Assembly (NCBI GenBank): GCA_963703985.1
Contig: CAVPGH010000001.1
Coordinates: 1,122,746-1,186,745, forward strand
From: an uncultured Acidobacteriota bacterium
GTDB lineage: Bacteria; Acidobacteriota; Vicinamibacteria; Fen-336
Direction: 5' to 3'
Length of the DNA: 64,000 bases
This document shows positions 45,552 to 55,774 of this stretch, piece after piece (position 1 is the first letter of the stretch; each line of letters begins with the position of its first letter). A program made the position numbers and the translations under genes. The notes beneath the pieces are model-generated. The model worked only from the letters and a program-made list of their open reading frames with translations. It was not told the origin of the DNA and made no database searches.

Positions 45552-48446
45552 TCAGCGACCTGGCCAGACGACTCCCGCCAGCAGCACCACGTCCGCCTCG
45601 CCCTCGCCCAGTGCGGCAAAGATGGATCGGCCGTCGGACGACCACGACAGGCGCCGCGCGATGAAAGTCGCCCGCCGGCCAAAATCGGTGAGCGGGCGAA
45701 ACGTGCCGTCGGCGGTCGACACGGCCCAGATGTTGGACGTTCCGTGGTCGACGAGCGACAGCGCGAGCCACTTGCCATCCGGTGAGATCACAGGCTGCAT
45801 CATCAGCCAGATCGGGACGCGGCTGGCGGGAATGTGGGCTAGCGTCCGGGGGGAGCCGTCTTCGGGACTCGCCGTGCGAATCTCGTAGTCGGCGAGGCCA
45901 GATCCTGCGAGCAACTCGACCAACCAGTACAAGGCCGATCCGTCGCGGCTGATCGCCGGGCGGGTCGCCGTGTCCGTCCGCACGACAACCGGCTGTCCGC
46001 CGTCGATCGCCACCTTCGAAACGGCCGCCCGACGTGGGTCCTCGGAGTAATACACCCAGCGACTGTCGGGGGACCAATCCGCCCAACCGGCAAGGAGCCT
46101 GAGATTGCGCAGGCCACTGCCATCCGGGCTCACCAGCCAGTAGCCGTTCTGGCCTTTCGGCGCCTCACGGCTGGAGGCGAAGGCGATGTGCTGCCCGTCA
46201 GGCGACCAGACGGGAACGCCCACGGAGATTTCCGGATCCCGCTCGTAGGTGATCTGGCGGCTCTCCCCCGTTTCGAGCTTCGTCACCCAGATGTTCGCGT
46301 GACCGCCGCTGTCGGACACGTACGCGACTTCCTTGTCCCCCGGGCCCACCGTCGGTGTGCGCACCTGTCCCGTTTGCCGCGTGACACGCTCGCCACGACG
46401 GACGTTCTCGACGCCGCCGAAGTCCACTGGATACCGCCAGATGTCCGACCGCAACTGAAGCCGCGTCGCCACCAACGTTCCCGTCCGATCGACGTCTGGA
46501 TAGAGATACGAGACTTCCCCAAACGTAACCTGGCGCCAAGCGCCGCCTCTTGACGGGACCGTCCACAGATTGAACGAGGGCAGGTAGTAGAGCGTGCTTC
46601 CCCGCGACGAGCTCATGACGATCCCCGATCCGTCGGGCAACCAAGCGAAGCCGCTCATCCGATTGTTGGCTTGCGTGATCCCCCGGGGCTCGCCGCCGCT
46701 CGCCGGCACGACGAACACATCATCGTCCAGGCTCATCCGGTTTCTTTGGTACGCGATCAACGTATCGTCCGGCGACCATCGAGGTGACACGTAGGAATAG
46801 CCAGCTGCGAGATGGACGATGACCTGGGCATTGGTGCCGTCACGATCGGCCGTCACCAGCTCGAGTCGTCCGTCGGCCGATCGAACAAAGGCGAGCCGCC
46901 TGCCGTCGTGGCTGACATCACCATCGGCGAGGCTGTCCACGATGCGGTGTGGAGCGCCGCCAAGGGCTGAGATCTCCCAGAGCGTCCCCGTGAGCCCGCC
47001 ACCGGCCGGCGGCGAAAAGTAGATGAGCGAGCTCGAATCGGGAAGCCAGCGCGGACGCAGATGCTCGCTCGCATCGCGCGTGAGCTGCAGCGGCGCGCCG
47101 CCCGTGATCAGCTTCATCCAGATCTGACGCAGCCCGCCCTCGCCCGCGGTAAACGCCACGGACCTCCCATCGGGAGAGATCGCGGGGTACTCCTCGAGGC
47201 CCGGGAAGTCGGTCAGCCGATCGATACGAACGGCGGTTGCCGGCGCGGACGCGGTGCGGGCACCCACGAAGTAACCCGCGGCCGCCATCGTGCCAAGCGC
47301 GACGATCATCAGGGCGGGAATCATCCGCCGTCTGCCTGGCTGCGGAACGGTCGGCCGCGCGTCGTCTGCGTCGGCATCCGATTCGGCGAGCCACTGCAGC
47401 TCGCGCAGGAGATCGCGTGCGGTCTGCCAGCGATCGTCGGGATCCTTGGCTAGACAGGTTTGAACGATGCGCTGGAGCGCAGGCGTTGCCAGTGGTTGGA
47501 ACTGCGAGAGCGGTGGAGGCTCGCTCCTCAGGATCGCCGCGATGAGCCCGGCCCGGCTGGGCGCCTCGAAGGCCTTGCGGCCCGTCACCATCTCGTAGGC
47601 CACCAGCCCGAAGGCGAAGATGTCGGTCCTCGCGTCGACGGGCCTGCCTTCGAGCTGCTCCGGGGCCATGTACTGCGGTGTCCCGACGATGAACCCCTCG
47701 CCGGTGAGCGACGCGGCAGCGGCGGTGGGCGCTCCTTCCGAGAACGCACCGGCAAGGAGCTTGGCGATCCCGAAATCGAGCAGCTTCGCGCCCTTTTTCG
47801 TCAGCATGACGTTGCCCGGCTTCAGATCGCGGTGCACGATTCCGGCCAGGTGTGCGTCCGCGAGGGCGTCCGCAATCTGACTCGCGTAGCGCAGGGCCTC
47901 GTCCAGAGGTAGTGGGCCCCGAGTCAGCCGATCGGCCACGTTCTCGCCCTCCAGATACTCCATGACCAGGAAGGTGAGGTCGTCCTGCTCGCCCACGTCA
48001 TAGAGCGGGCAGATGTGGGGATGGCTCAGCTTCGAGATGGCGCGAGCCTCCCGCTCGAAACGCTTGCGCTGCGTCGGGTCTCCGGATACAGCCGGCGGCA
48101 GGACTTTGATCGCGACGATCCGATCGAGCCGCGTGTCGCGGGCCTTGTAGATCTCGCCCATGCCGCCCCCGCCGACGGGAGCCAGGATCTGGTACGGGCC
48201 GAGCAAACGGCTAGGCGAGAGCGCCGGGGGGGGCGGCTCGGCTTCGTCTATACGGGCCGGCTCGGATAGGAAGTCGCCGGCCTCACGCCCGGCGGCGAGG
48301 AGTGCCTCGACCTCACGGCGGAGGACGTCGTCGTCGCCGCAGGCCTTCTGCAGATAGGCCTCGCGTGCCTCGGCCGGCCGCTCGAGTGTGTCCTGGAAGA
48401 GCTCCGTTATGCGTTGCCAACGCTCGGGCGTCATGGGTGGGACCAA
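45552..48446 (-). CDS. Ser/Thr protein kinase with N-terminal sigma-factor-associated domain and C-terminal TolB-like beta-propeller
   Basis: N-terminus MTPERWQRITELFQDTLERPAEAREAYL; kinase motifs HRDLKPGNVML, DFGIAK; TM; repeated PDG propeller blades; 4 nt downstream of the ECF sigma gene. Confidence 0.8.
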   Translation of the reverse strand: MVPPMTPERWQRITELFQDTLERPAEAREAYLQKACGDDDVLRREVEALLAAGREAGDFLSEPARIDEAEPPPPALSPSRLLGPYQILAPVGGGGMGEIYKARDTRLDRIVAIKVLPPAVSGDPTQRKRFEREARAISKLSHPHICPLYDVGEQDDLTFLVMEYLEGENVADRLTRGPLPLDEALRYASQIADALADAHLAGIVHRDLKPGNVMLTKKGAKLLDFGIAKLLAGAFSEGAPTAAAASLTGEGFIVGTPQYMAPEQLEGRPVDARTDIFAFGLVAYEMVTGRKAFEAPSRAGLIAAILRSEPPPLSQFQPLATPALQRIVQTCLAKDPDDRWQTARDLLRELQWLAESDADADDARPTVPQPGRRRMIPALMIVALGTMAAAGYFVGARTASAPATAVRIDRLTDFPGLEEYPAISPDGRSVAFTAGEGGLRQIWMKLITGGAPLQLTRDASEHLRPRWLPDSSSLIYFSPPAGGGLTGTLWEISALGGAPHRIVDSLADGDVSHDGRRLAFVRSADGRLELVTADRDGTNAQVIVHLAAGYSYVSPRWSPDDTLIAYQRNRMSLDDDVFVVPASGGEPRGITQANNRMSGFAWLPDGSGIVMSSSRGSTLYYLPSFNLWTVPSRGGAWRQVTFGEVSYLYPDVDRTGTLVATRLQLRSDIWRYPVDFGGVENVRRGERVTRQTGQVRTPTVGPGDKEVAYVSDSGGHANIWVTKLETGESRQITYERDPEISVGVPVWSPDGQHIAFASSREAPKGQNGYWLVSPDGSGLRNLRLLAGWADWSPDSRWVYYSEDPRRAAVSKVAIDGGQPVVVRTDTATRPAISRDGSALYWLVELLAGSGLADYEIRTASPEDGSPRTLAHIPASRVPIWLMMQPVISPDGKWLALSLVDHGTSNIWAVSTADGTFRPLTDFGRRATFIARRLSWSSDGRSIFAALGEGEADVVLLAGVVWPGR

Positions 48447-48450
48447 TGGG

Positions 48451-49038
48451 TCAATTCTGCCTCAGACGGTCGAATAGCCAGGCTCGGGCCACCGTCCAGT
48501 CGCGCTTCACGGTGGGGACCGACACTCCCACCACCTCGGCCACCTCCTCCAGCTTCAGGCCGCCGAAATATCGCAGTTCGACGACTCGACCCTGCCGGGC
48601 GTTGAGGGCGGACAGCTCGCAGAGTGCCTCGTCGAGCAGGACGAGATCGACCTCGGGCTCCGCGACCGATTGGACGGCCTCGTTCAATGTCACGTGAATG
48701 GCGTCGCGCTTGGCCGCACGCCGCCGCCGAGCGTGATCGACGAGGATCCGGCGCATCAGGTTGGAGGCCACGCCGAAGAAGTGGGACCTGCTGCGCCAGT
48801 GGCCCCGGAGGCCGACGAGCCTCAAATAGGCCTCGTGGACCAGCGCCGTGGGTTGAAGGGTATGCCCGGGTCGCTCTCTGCGAAGGTAGGCTCCGGCGCG
48901 GCGGCGCAACTCATCGTAAACCAGGGGGATCAGCCGGCGTCCGGCCTCTTCGTCCCCCGCATTCCAGGCCTGGAGCAGGGCGGTTACCGACTCCGGCGGC
49001 TGAAACTTCACCGTGGGCTCGGCCCCATTGTGAGCCAT
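48451..49038 (-). CDS. ECF sigma factor (STK-associated ECF subgroup)
   Basis: Sigma-70 regions 2 and 4 (LVHEAYLRL; LEEVAEVVGVSVPTVKRDW); N-terminal extension TALLQAWNAGDEEAGRRLIPLVYDELRR typical of ECFs paired with protein kinases. Confidence 0.8.
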   Translation of the reverse strand: MAHNGAEPTVKFQPPESVTALLQAWNAGDEEAGRRLIPLVYDELRRRAGAYLRRERPGHTLQPTALVHEAYLRLVGLRGHWRSRSHFFGVASNLMRRILVDHARRRRAAKRDAIHVTLNEAVQSVAEPEVDLVLLDEALCELSALNARQGRVVELRYFGGLKLEEVAEVVGVSVPTVKRDWTVARAWLFDRLRQN

Positions 49039-49102
49039 TTCGCCTCCTCATTGCGCTTCCGGGATGGCGGACCTTCAAAAGGGCCGTCTTGGGAGGTGTC
49101 TC

Positions 49103-50023
49103 ATGGGACGCAATAAGCGCGTGACGCTGGCGGCGGCCGGTCTGGTTGCTCTCGGCCTCACGGCCGGGGCGCACGAGGGGTTACTACGGTTCTCGCCGAT
49201 CGACTTCCCGGGCGCCGCCGCTACGACCGCCTTCGGCATCAACGAACGCGGCGAGGTGGTGGGCAGTTATCGCGATTCGTCGAACCGGACCCATGGATTC
49301 GTGCGGGTCGGGGAGCTGCTCCGCTCGATCGATTACCCCGGCGCAGCTTTCACCGATGCGCGGGGCATCAGCCCGGCGGGCGAAGTGGTCGGAGCGTACC
49401 GACTGCCCGGAGAGCCCCCGGTGAACTTCCATGGGTATCTGTTGACGAGGGGCGGAGAGTTCCGCCGCATCGATTTCCCCGATCACACCAACACCATCCC
49501 GCAGCGGATCGGCCGCGACGGAACCATTCTCGGTTGCTATCACGACGCTGACACCATGGACACCATGCACGGGATCGTCATCGCAGACGACGTGTTCACT
49601 GGTTTCGAGATGCCGGCGAGCATGCACAACGGGGCTACCCCCAACGGGAAGACCATCGTCGGGCTTTACACCGAAATGGGCACGGGGCGAGGGCGCGCGT
49701 ATCTGCTCGATCGTGGCGACTTCGTCCCCTTCGATTTCCCGGGCAGCGTCTTCACGGCTGGGTGGGACATCAACCCTGCGCGACGTGCGGTCGGCGTCTA
49801 CCAGGACGCGGGCGGGCGGTTCCATGGCTTCGTCGTGGACCGACACTGGAACTTCGATACCATCGATTATCCAAGCGCGACCGGCACTCGCGTGTTCGGG
49901 ATCAACTCCCGCGGCGAGTTGGTGGGCAATTACGTCGACGCGGCCAACAAGACGCACGGCTTCCTGGCCCGCCGGCAGGACGAGGGCGAAAACGACGAGG
50001 AGGAGGGTTGGCTCCTCAGGTAG
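49103..50023 (+). CDS. secreted HAF-family extracellular repeat protein
   Basis: GGGAGG RBS; signal peptide MGRNKRVTLAAAGLVALGLTAGAHE; five repeats of the form GIN.RGEVVG.Y......HGF (the HAF pattern). The last codons and the stop lie inside repeat copy 2. Confidence 0.6.
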   Translation: MGRNKRVTLAAAGLVALGLTAGAHEGLLRFSPIDFPGAAATTAFGINERGEVVGSYRDSSNRTHGFVRVGELLRSIDYPGAAFTDARGISPAGEVVGAYRLPGEPPVNFHGYLLTRGGEFRRIDFPDHTNTIPQRIGRDGTILGCYHDADTMDTMHGIVIADDVFTGFEMPASMHNGATPNGKTIVGLYTEMGTGRGRAYLLDRGDFVPFDFPGSVFTAGWDINPARRAVGVYQDAGGRFHGFVVDRHWNFDTIDYPSATGTRVFGINSRGELVGNYVDAANKTHGFLARRQDEGENDEEEGWLLR

Positions 50024-50219
50024 GATTCGAACCGAGAATCAGCCTCCGACGCCAGCCGACTCAAACCCACGCGATCCTGACCCGGATGGCACTTAGCTCA
50101 CTTCGCCTTCGGTCAGGCTTGACCCGATTCTCACCGAGAAGAGGGACAGTTGAGGGACACTCGTCAGGCGCGTGCCATCTCCCTGACGCTCAGAACCTCG
50201 TGCTCCGTCGCTTCGCGGA
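50015..50219. repeat. direct repeat copy 2
   Basis: See copy 1; 50015-50159 is near-identical to 45265-45418, with a 3-nt insertion then a diverged tail. Confidence 0.6.
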
Positions 50220-50283
50220 CGGCTCCGGCGAAGGCTTCTCGGCGCACCTCCCCAGGCCCTTCCGGAATGAATCGCCCGACTCG

Positions 50284-50322
50284 TCACGCATTTCTTGCTA
50301 CACGCATTTCTTGCTATTGACG
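50284..50322 (+). promoter_or_regulatory. tandem 16-bp direct repeat abutting a -35-like TTGACG
   Basis: CACGCATTTCTTGCTA occurs twice (50285-50316), followed by TTGACG, N17, TAGCCT. A second palindrome TGCAATCGATGCATTGCA lies at 50540-50557, just upstream of the AAGGAG RBS of the 50577 gene. Confidence 0.3.
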
Positions 50323-50576
50323 TGGGCCGCGGCGCGGCGTAGCCTGCGCGCACCTACCCTGAGAACCATGATGGCAGCCGCCTTTCCTCGTCCCCTCGGC
50401 CGCCACGGGCGTCCTCGGTCCGCCACCGAGCCGGGGGCGACTCCGGAGGTGTTCGTGCACCTGGATAGCCGCGGACGAGCGCGTTGGGCCGAGCACGCGG
50501 GCCGTCGGTGTGGTTGTGTGGTCTCTCGGCGTCGAACCATGCAATCGATGCATTGCAGCGGAAAAGGAGATGGTCC

Positions 50577-53500
50577 ATGGGCACATCTGATTCTTTCTTC
50601 CGAGCCCTACTAATCGGCAACTTACTGCTCACGATGCCCTTATCACAAGGGCAAGCCCGACCCGCGCAGGCGGGCACGACGTCCATGCCGGTCCCCCGCT
50701 TGGGAGCCCTGCCGCACACCCTGTCTCTGCCCGCGGAAGAGGTTTCCATCCAATACCCGGACGAGTGGTCGCTAGCTCACCCGACAGCCAATTCCTGGGT
50801 GGTTCTGAACGTCCCTGCCGACCAGCTGGATAAGGTCGGACCCACGGTCCGAGTGCAAATCGGCTACCTGGAAAGAAGCGACCACGCCGGCGCCGTCCGA
50901 GAGCTCGCCGAGATCGCGAATGAATATGCAACGCGATCGAGGTTCCTGACCATCGGGGGCTGGCCCGCCCTCGAGCGGGTACAACTCCTCGATAGACCCC
51001 AGCCGAGCGAGGCGCCCCGCTACGCTGACCCGCGGATGGTTCAGATCACGACGGCGGTGGCGGCGGGCAGCCTGCTGATTCGCCTCGAGGGCAGACTTCC
51101 CTCCGATGCCGACCGGCCGCTCCGACGCCTCGTGCTCGACATTGGGCGCAGCCTCACATTCAAATCCGAGGGCGATGCGGCAGACGTCGAGCAGGAGGTC
51201 AAACGGCTCCAGCGCTTGCTGAGGGGCGCCGAACCTCCGCCAGACGGTGTTTCCATCCAAGATCGGGCGACCCCGCTCTCCGCCGCTGACACGTTCTTCG
51301 CCGACGCCGGCGCCAACCCGATCCTGACATTGACGCAGGTCCCATTTGGAACCAACGGTGAACTCGAGATCGCCGCCTCCAATGACGGCGCCGACATCGT
51401 CATGGTCAAGCAAAGCTCCTGGCTCACCTCGAATGATGGCGGGCAGACGTTTCCGTTCAGCGGAAGCCTTCCCGTTGGGGATGGCGACAGCGCGATCGCC
51501 TTCGGAGCCAGTGGGAGCTTCTATCACGCGGCCCTCGGCTGCTTCGGGACGAGCTGTGCTGCTGTCTGTCCGGCCAGCAGCAACTGCGCGGAAATCGCCG
51601 CGTCCGCGACCAACGGTCGGACGTTCGGCGCGCTGGTCAACGCCGCGGTGTGTCCGAACTCGGGGGGCGGAGCTTGCAGCATCGACCAGGAACACATTGC
51701 CTCCGACCGTTTCAACACCACGGCAGGCGGCCAGGACCGTGTCTATATGGCCTTTCGACAGTGCCTGGGTGGGTGCGGATCGGATTCCCGTATCACCTGC
51801 TCCCTGGACAGCGGCGCCACCTGGGCGCCGCAGTTCTCGCTGGAGGTTGGTGCCGACTTCCCCCGCGTCGCGGTGGGGAGTGACGGGTCTTTCTATGTAG
51901 TGTATCGGCTCGGTGGCGACTTCCGGATCGACAAGTACAACGCCTGCAGCACCAATGCGGCGGTGATGACGAGGGCCGCCGGCGGATTCCCGAAGACGGT
52001 GAGCGCATTCACCACCGTTGCCGGCTGCGAGGTGGCCAATGGGTTTCCCGGTCTCGACCGGTGCAATGACGGGAACCTCCTCTCGAGTCCAACCGTGGCC
52101 GTGGACGACACGAACGCGAACCATGTCTATGTGGCGTGGGCGACCAACACGGCCACGGGCCCCAACCCGGGACTGGGCAACGAAAACGTCATGGTCGCGG
52201 ATTCCACCGATGGTGGCGTGACCTGGGGGGCCGCCGGGCACACCCCCGTCGTCGTCAACAGCACGGGTACCAACGGGCGCCGCATCATGCCGTGGGTCTG
52301 CACTTCCGCTGGAAAGGCCTTCGTCACCTGGTACGACCGCCGAAGCGCCACCGCGGCGAACAACGACTTGCAGGACTACTTCGCGGCCAGCGCCGGGCTG
52401 TCCGGTGGCAACCTCGTCGCCAGCAATGACGAGTTCAGGATTTCGACGGCCACGGATGCAACGTGCACGACCTGGCCGAGAGGACCTCGCAGCACCTTCG
52501 ACTCGGAGAATTGCTCGGTTCAGCCACAAGACGCAGGCAACTGCAGCGTGACGACGGCCACACGCTGCGATTTTAGCGGCGACGGTACGCTATGCCCAAG
52601 GGACAGAGACCTGCCAAACGGGAAATGGCGCCGTCAAGTATGGCGACTATAACGGCAACTATTGCGTCCTCGGACGTCTCTATACGGTGTTCGCATCAAG
52701 CGCTGGTCAGCTCACGACGGGCGCACCCCGGAACTTCTACCAGTCTTTCGTGGTGACCTCGACGACGACAACGGCTGTATACAGTGGCGCGACTACCGGC
52801 GACTATCATGACGACGTCACTCTTTCCGGCAAGCTCACCCTCAGTGGCACACCCATAGGGATCGCCGGCCAGACCCTCAGCTTTACCATCGGCAGCCCAG
52901 AGCTGCAGCGACACCACCGTCGCCTCCGGCGTGGCGTCGTGCACCCTCAACCTCAATCAGGTGCCCGGTCCCTACACGGTGACCGCCAGCTTTGCCGGCA
53001 GCGGCCTCTACGAAGCCAGCAGCAGTGCGGCGACGCCGTTCATCATCACGAAAGAGGAGACCACGCTGAGCTACACGGGCCCCACCGTCATCGCCAATGG
53101 CCTCCCCCTGACCGTGACCGGCGTCTTGCTGGAGGATGGCGTGGTCCCCATCGCCGGCCGGACCGTGTCGTTTACGCTGGGCACGGGCGGCAGCGCGCAG
53201 ACTTGCAGTGGCGTGACGGACGCGACGGGCAACGCCTCCTGCACGATCCCGGTGGTCAACCAGCCTCTCGGCGCGAACACCGTCGGCGTCAGTTTCCTTG
53301 GCGACGCCTTCTACTTGCCGTCCTCCGCGAGCGCCAACGTCATCTCGTTCGCGTTCCCCGCCCGGGGTGATTTCGTGGTCGGGGACCAGACGGCGACCGG
53401 CGCCGTGGAGTTCTGGGGCGCCGATTGGGCCAATGTGAACCTGCTGAGCGGCGGTGCCGCTCCCGATGCCTTCAAGGGTTTCGCCGCTAGCATCAGCACG

Positions 53501-53731
53501 CCGCCCGCCTGCGGCACCACTTGGGCCTCCAGGCCGGGCAACAGCTCGAACCCGCCGAACCCGCCGCTGCCGAGCTACATGGGCGTGATCGTTTCCACCG
53601 CCGTCAACAAGTCGGGCTCGACGATCTCGGGGGATGTGTTCAAGATCGTCGTGGTCACAACGAACCCGGGCTACGACGGCAATCCAGGCCATCACGGCAC
53701 GGGCACCGTGGTCGCAACCTACTGCCCATAG
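50577..53731 (+). CDS. large secreted BNR/sialidase-fold protein with C-terminal bacterial Ig-like repeats; at least two frameshifts
   Basis: Signal peptide MGTSDSFFRALLIGNLLLTMPLSQGQA; Cys-rich beta-propeller-like N-region with S.DGG.TW motifs (about 50578-52600); continues in a second frame (AVYSGATTGDYHDDVTLSGKLTLSG...) and a third (PYTVTASFAGSGLYEASSSAATPFIITKEETTLSYTG...) with Ig-like repeats to 53731. Confidence 0.55.
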
Positions 53732-53760
53732 CGGGTCGTCCAGCGGCTCAAGACCGGGGC

Positions 53761-54537
53761 TCAGTGGCTGTGCTGGACGACGTAATTCATCGCCTCGCTA
53801 TAAGGCGCCGTCCAGATGCTGCCGCGATGCGCCGCCAGATAGTCGAGCAATTGCTGATGCGCCTCGGCCGTGACCGAAAGATAATCGCCGCCGACACCGT
53901 GAAATACCACGATGCCGAGGGCGCCGGCGCTCTCCACCTGTTTCACCCAGGCAATCATGTCGGCGCCGCTCGTACCCACGAAGCCATTGCCCATGATTGT
54001 CGGGCCATGAGGGAAAGCAGGCATCACGGATGAGTTGCGAATGAAAGTGACCAGAGCCGATGCTCTGAGCGGTGCCATGTAATCCTGCCCGCCGACGGTG
54101 GTGTGCTCGCAAGGTGTGGCGAAAGCGTGCTCGGGTTTGCCGTCGAGCGCCGTGAGCAGCGTATTCATCACGCCGATCTCGGTGAGCAGGATTTCCACGC
54201 TGTAGCTTTCGGAATGGTATTGCACCGGCATGTCGTAGGTGCCGCGCCGGCAAGGATGGTTGACGGTGTGATTGCCGAGCTCATGGCCGGAGGCGGCCAA
54301 GGCTCGCCAACGCGGCACGTCTTCGGCGCGCATTGCCTTGCCCATGAGGAAGAACGTGCCCTTGAGCTCGGCGCGATCCAGTTGCGGCGCCGCCACCTCC
54401 AAGTCCGAGGCGAGGATCGCATCGTCATAGGTGAGCAGGATTGCCGCCTGTCGGCCATCCGGCCAGGCGAACTTCGGTTCGGGGAGAGCTTGAGTCGCGC
54501 TTAGCGCCAACAGGCCCAGGGCCAACAGGCTCTTCAT
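53761..54537 (-). CDS. polysaccharide deacetylase (NodB/CE4), secreted
   Basis: Signal peptide MKSLLALGLLALSATQA; NodB motifs TYDD, HELGNHTVNHP. Confidence 0.8.
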   Translation of the reverse strand: MKSLLALGLLALSATQALPEPKFAWPDGRQAAILLTYDDAILASDLEVAAPQLDRAELKGTFFLMGKAMRAEDVPRWRALAASGHELGNHTVNHPCRRGTYDMPVQYHSESYSVEILLTEIGVMNTLLTALDGKPEHAFATPCEHTTVGGQDYMAPLRASALVTFIRNSSVMPAFPHGPTIMGNGFVGTSGADMIAWVKQVESAGALGIVVFHGVGGDYLSVTAEAHQQLLDYLAAHRGSIWTAPYSEAMNYVVQHSH

Positions 54538-54552
54538 CGGATGCTCTCCATC

Positions 54553-55650
54553 TCACTTCTGGAACAGCAACAGGACGACGTCCAGGACGAACAGGGCCAC
54601 GATGATCGTCTCCAGGACGAGCATGCGATGGGACTCGATCTCGGAGTGGACCATCGAGTAGAGGTGGTCCAGCTCTCCCAGCTTGCGGTCGATGCTGGCC
54701 TGCCAGTGGGAGAGGTGGAAGCTCTCCTTGCAGGCCAGGTACACGCGCGCCAGGTACCAGTCCCCCACGAACTTCGTGATGTTGGCGGATTCGTCGGCCA
54801 CCTTGGTGATGTCCACGCGTATCGTGCGCAGCGCCCCCAGGATGCCGTGGGGCATCCGGAAGTAGCGGCGCGACGCGTAGTAGCGCTCCAGGTCGTCGTA
54901 GGCCTGGAGGGCGAAGGCGTCCATACGGTCGTCCAGCGTGCGGAACTCTTCGAGCTGGAGGTTGGCCAGCTCCATGACGTAAACCACGTCGTCGAAGAAC
55001 CCGCTGCTGTCCGCGATGAGGGCGGCGTCCCAATCGACGATCGTGAGGTCGTCGTTGCTGTAGGAGAGCGAATGGCCCAGCGTATCCGCCACCTGGGCAG
55101 GCGAGAGGCGTCCGGCCGGCTCCTCCAGAAGCAGGGCCGCCACCTCCTCCCGCTTGCCCTGCGCCCAGGCCGAGAGCTCGCCCGGCCCCACGCCGTCGAT
55201 CGACTCGATGCAGAAGACGGTGTAGGCCTCCGCCGGGGTCCGTTCGCGGTTGGGCTTCACCAGGTAGGGGCGGATGCTCTCCGTCACCTGGTCGCAGAGC
55301 TCGTTTGCCACCGCCGCCAGATCGCGCCCCCCCACCTGCAGCCGGTGGTAGGGGACGAGGTCGGCCAGGCCCGCCACCTCGAACGGCACCTGGTAGGTGA
55401 CCGAAAGCGCCCCCACGTCGAACAGCTTCACCGTGCAGCGCACGCGGGGACGGCCGCTGAGGCCTTCGGCCTCCTGGTCTCCCGCGCTGATCAGGAGCGG
55501 GCGGTAGATGCGCACGTCCTTGGGGATGGCGGTCCCCGCGCGGACCAGGAACGGCGCGGGCCGGGCGGCCAGCACCTCGCGCACGTTGGCGGTCTCGATC
55601 TCGTTGGCCACGTCGAAGGCGTACAGATAGACGACCGTACCGCGCAGCAC
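54553..55650 (-). CDS. hypothetical protein with single C-terminal TM anchor (RMD1/DUF155-like?)
   Basis: 365 aa soluble domain and a terminal helix MLVLETIIVALFVLDVVLLLFQK; family assignment is tentative. Confidence 0.4.
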   Translation of the reverse strand: MLRGTVVYLYAFDVANEIETANVREVLAARPAPFLVRAGTAIPKDVRIYRPLLISAGDQEAEGLSGRPRVRCTVKLFDVGALSVTYQVPFEVAGLADLVPYHRLQVGGRDLAAVANELCDQVTESIRPYLVKPNRERTPAEAYTVFCIESIDGVGPGELSAWAQGKREEVAALLLEEPAGRLSPAQVADTLGHSLSYSNDDLTIVDWDAALIADSSGFFDDVVYVMELANLQLEEFRTLDDRMDAFALQAYDDLERYYASRRYFRMPHGILGALRTIRVDITKVADESANITKFVGDWYLARVYLACKESFHLSHWQASIDRKLGELDHLYSMVHSEIESHRMLVLETIIVALFVLDVVLLLFQK

Positions 55651-55774
55651 CGCTGGCTCCCTTCGTCCCCCGACGCTACCCCTTCCCGGGCCCGGGAATC
55701 AACGCGCCCGGATCGTCGGGCGAGCCGGATCGCATCCGACCTGTGAGGGCGCTCACCGACGCCGCGTCCGGCCC

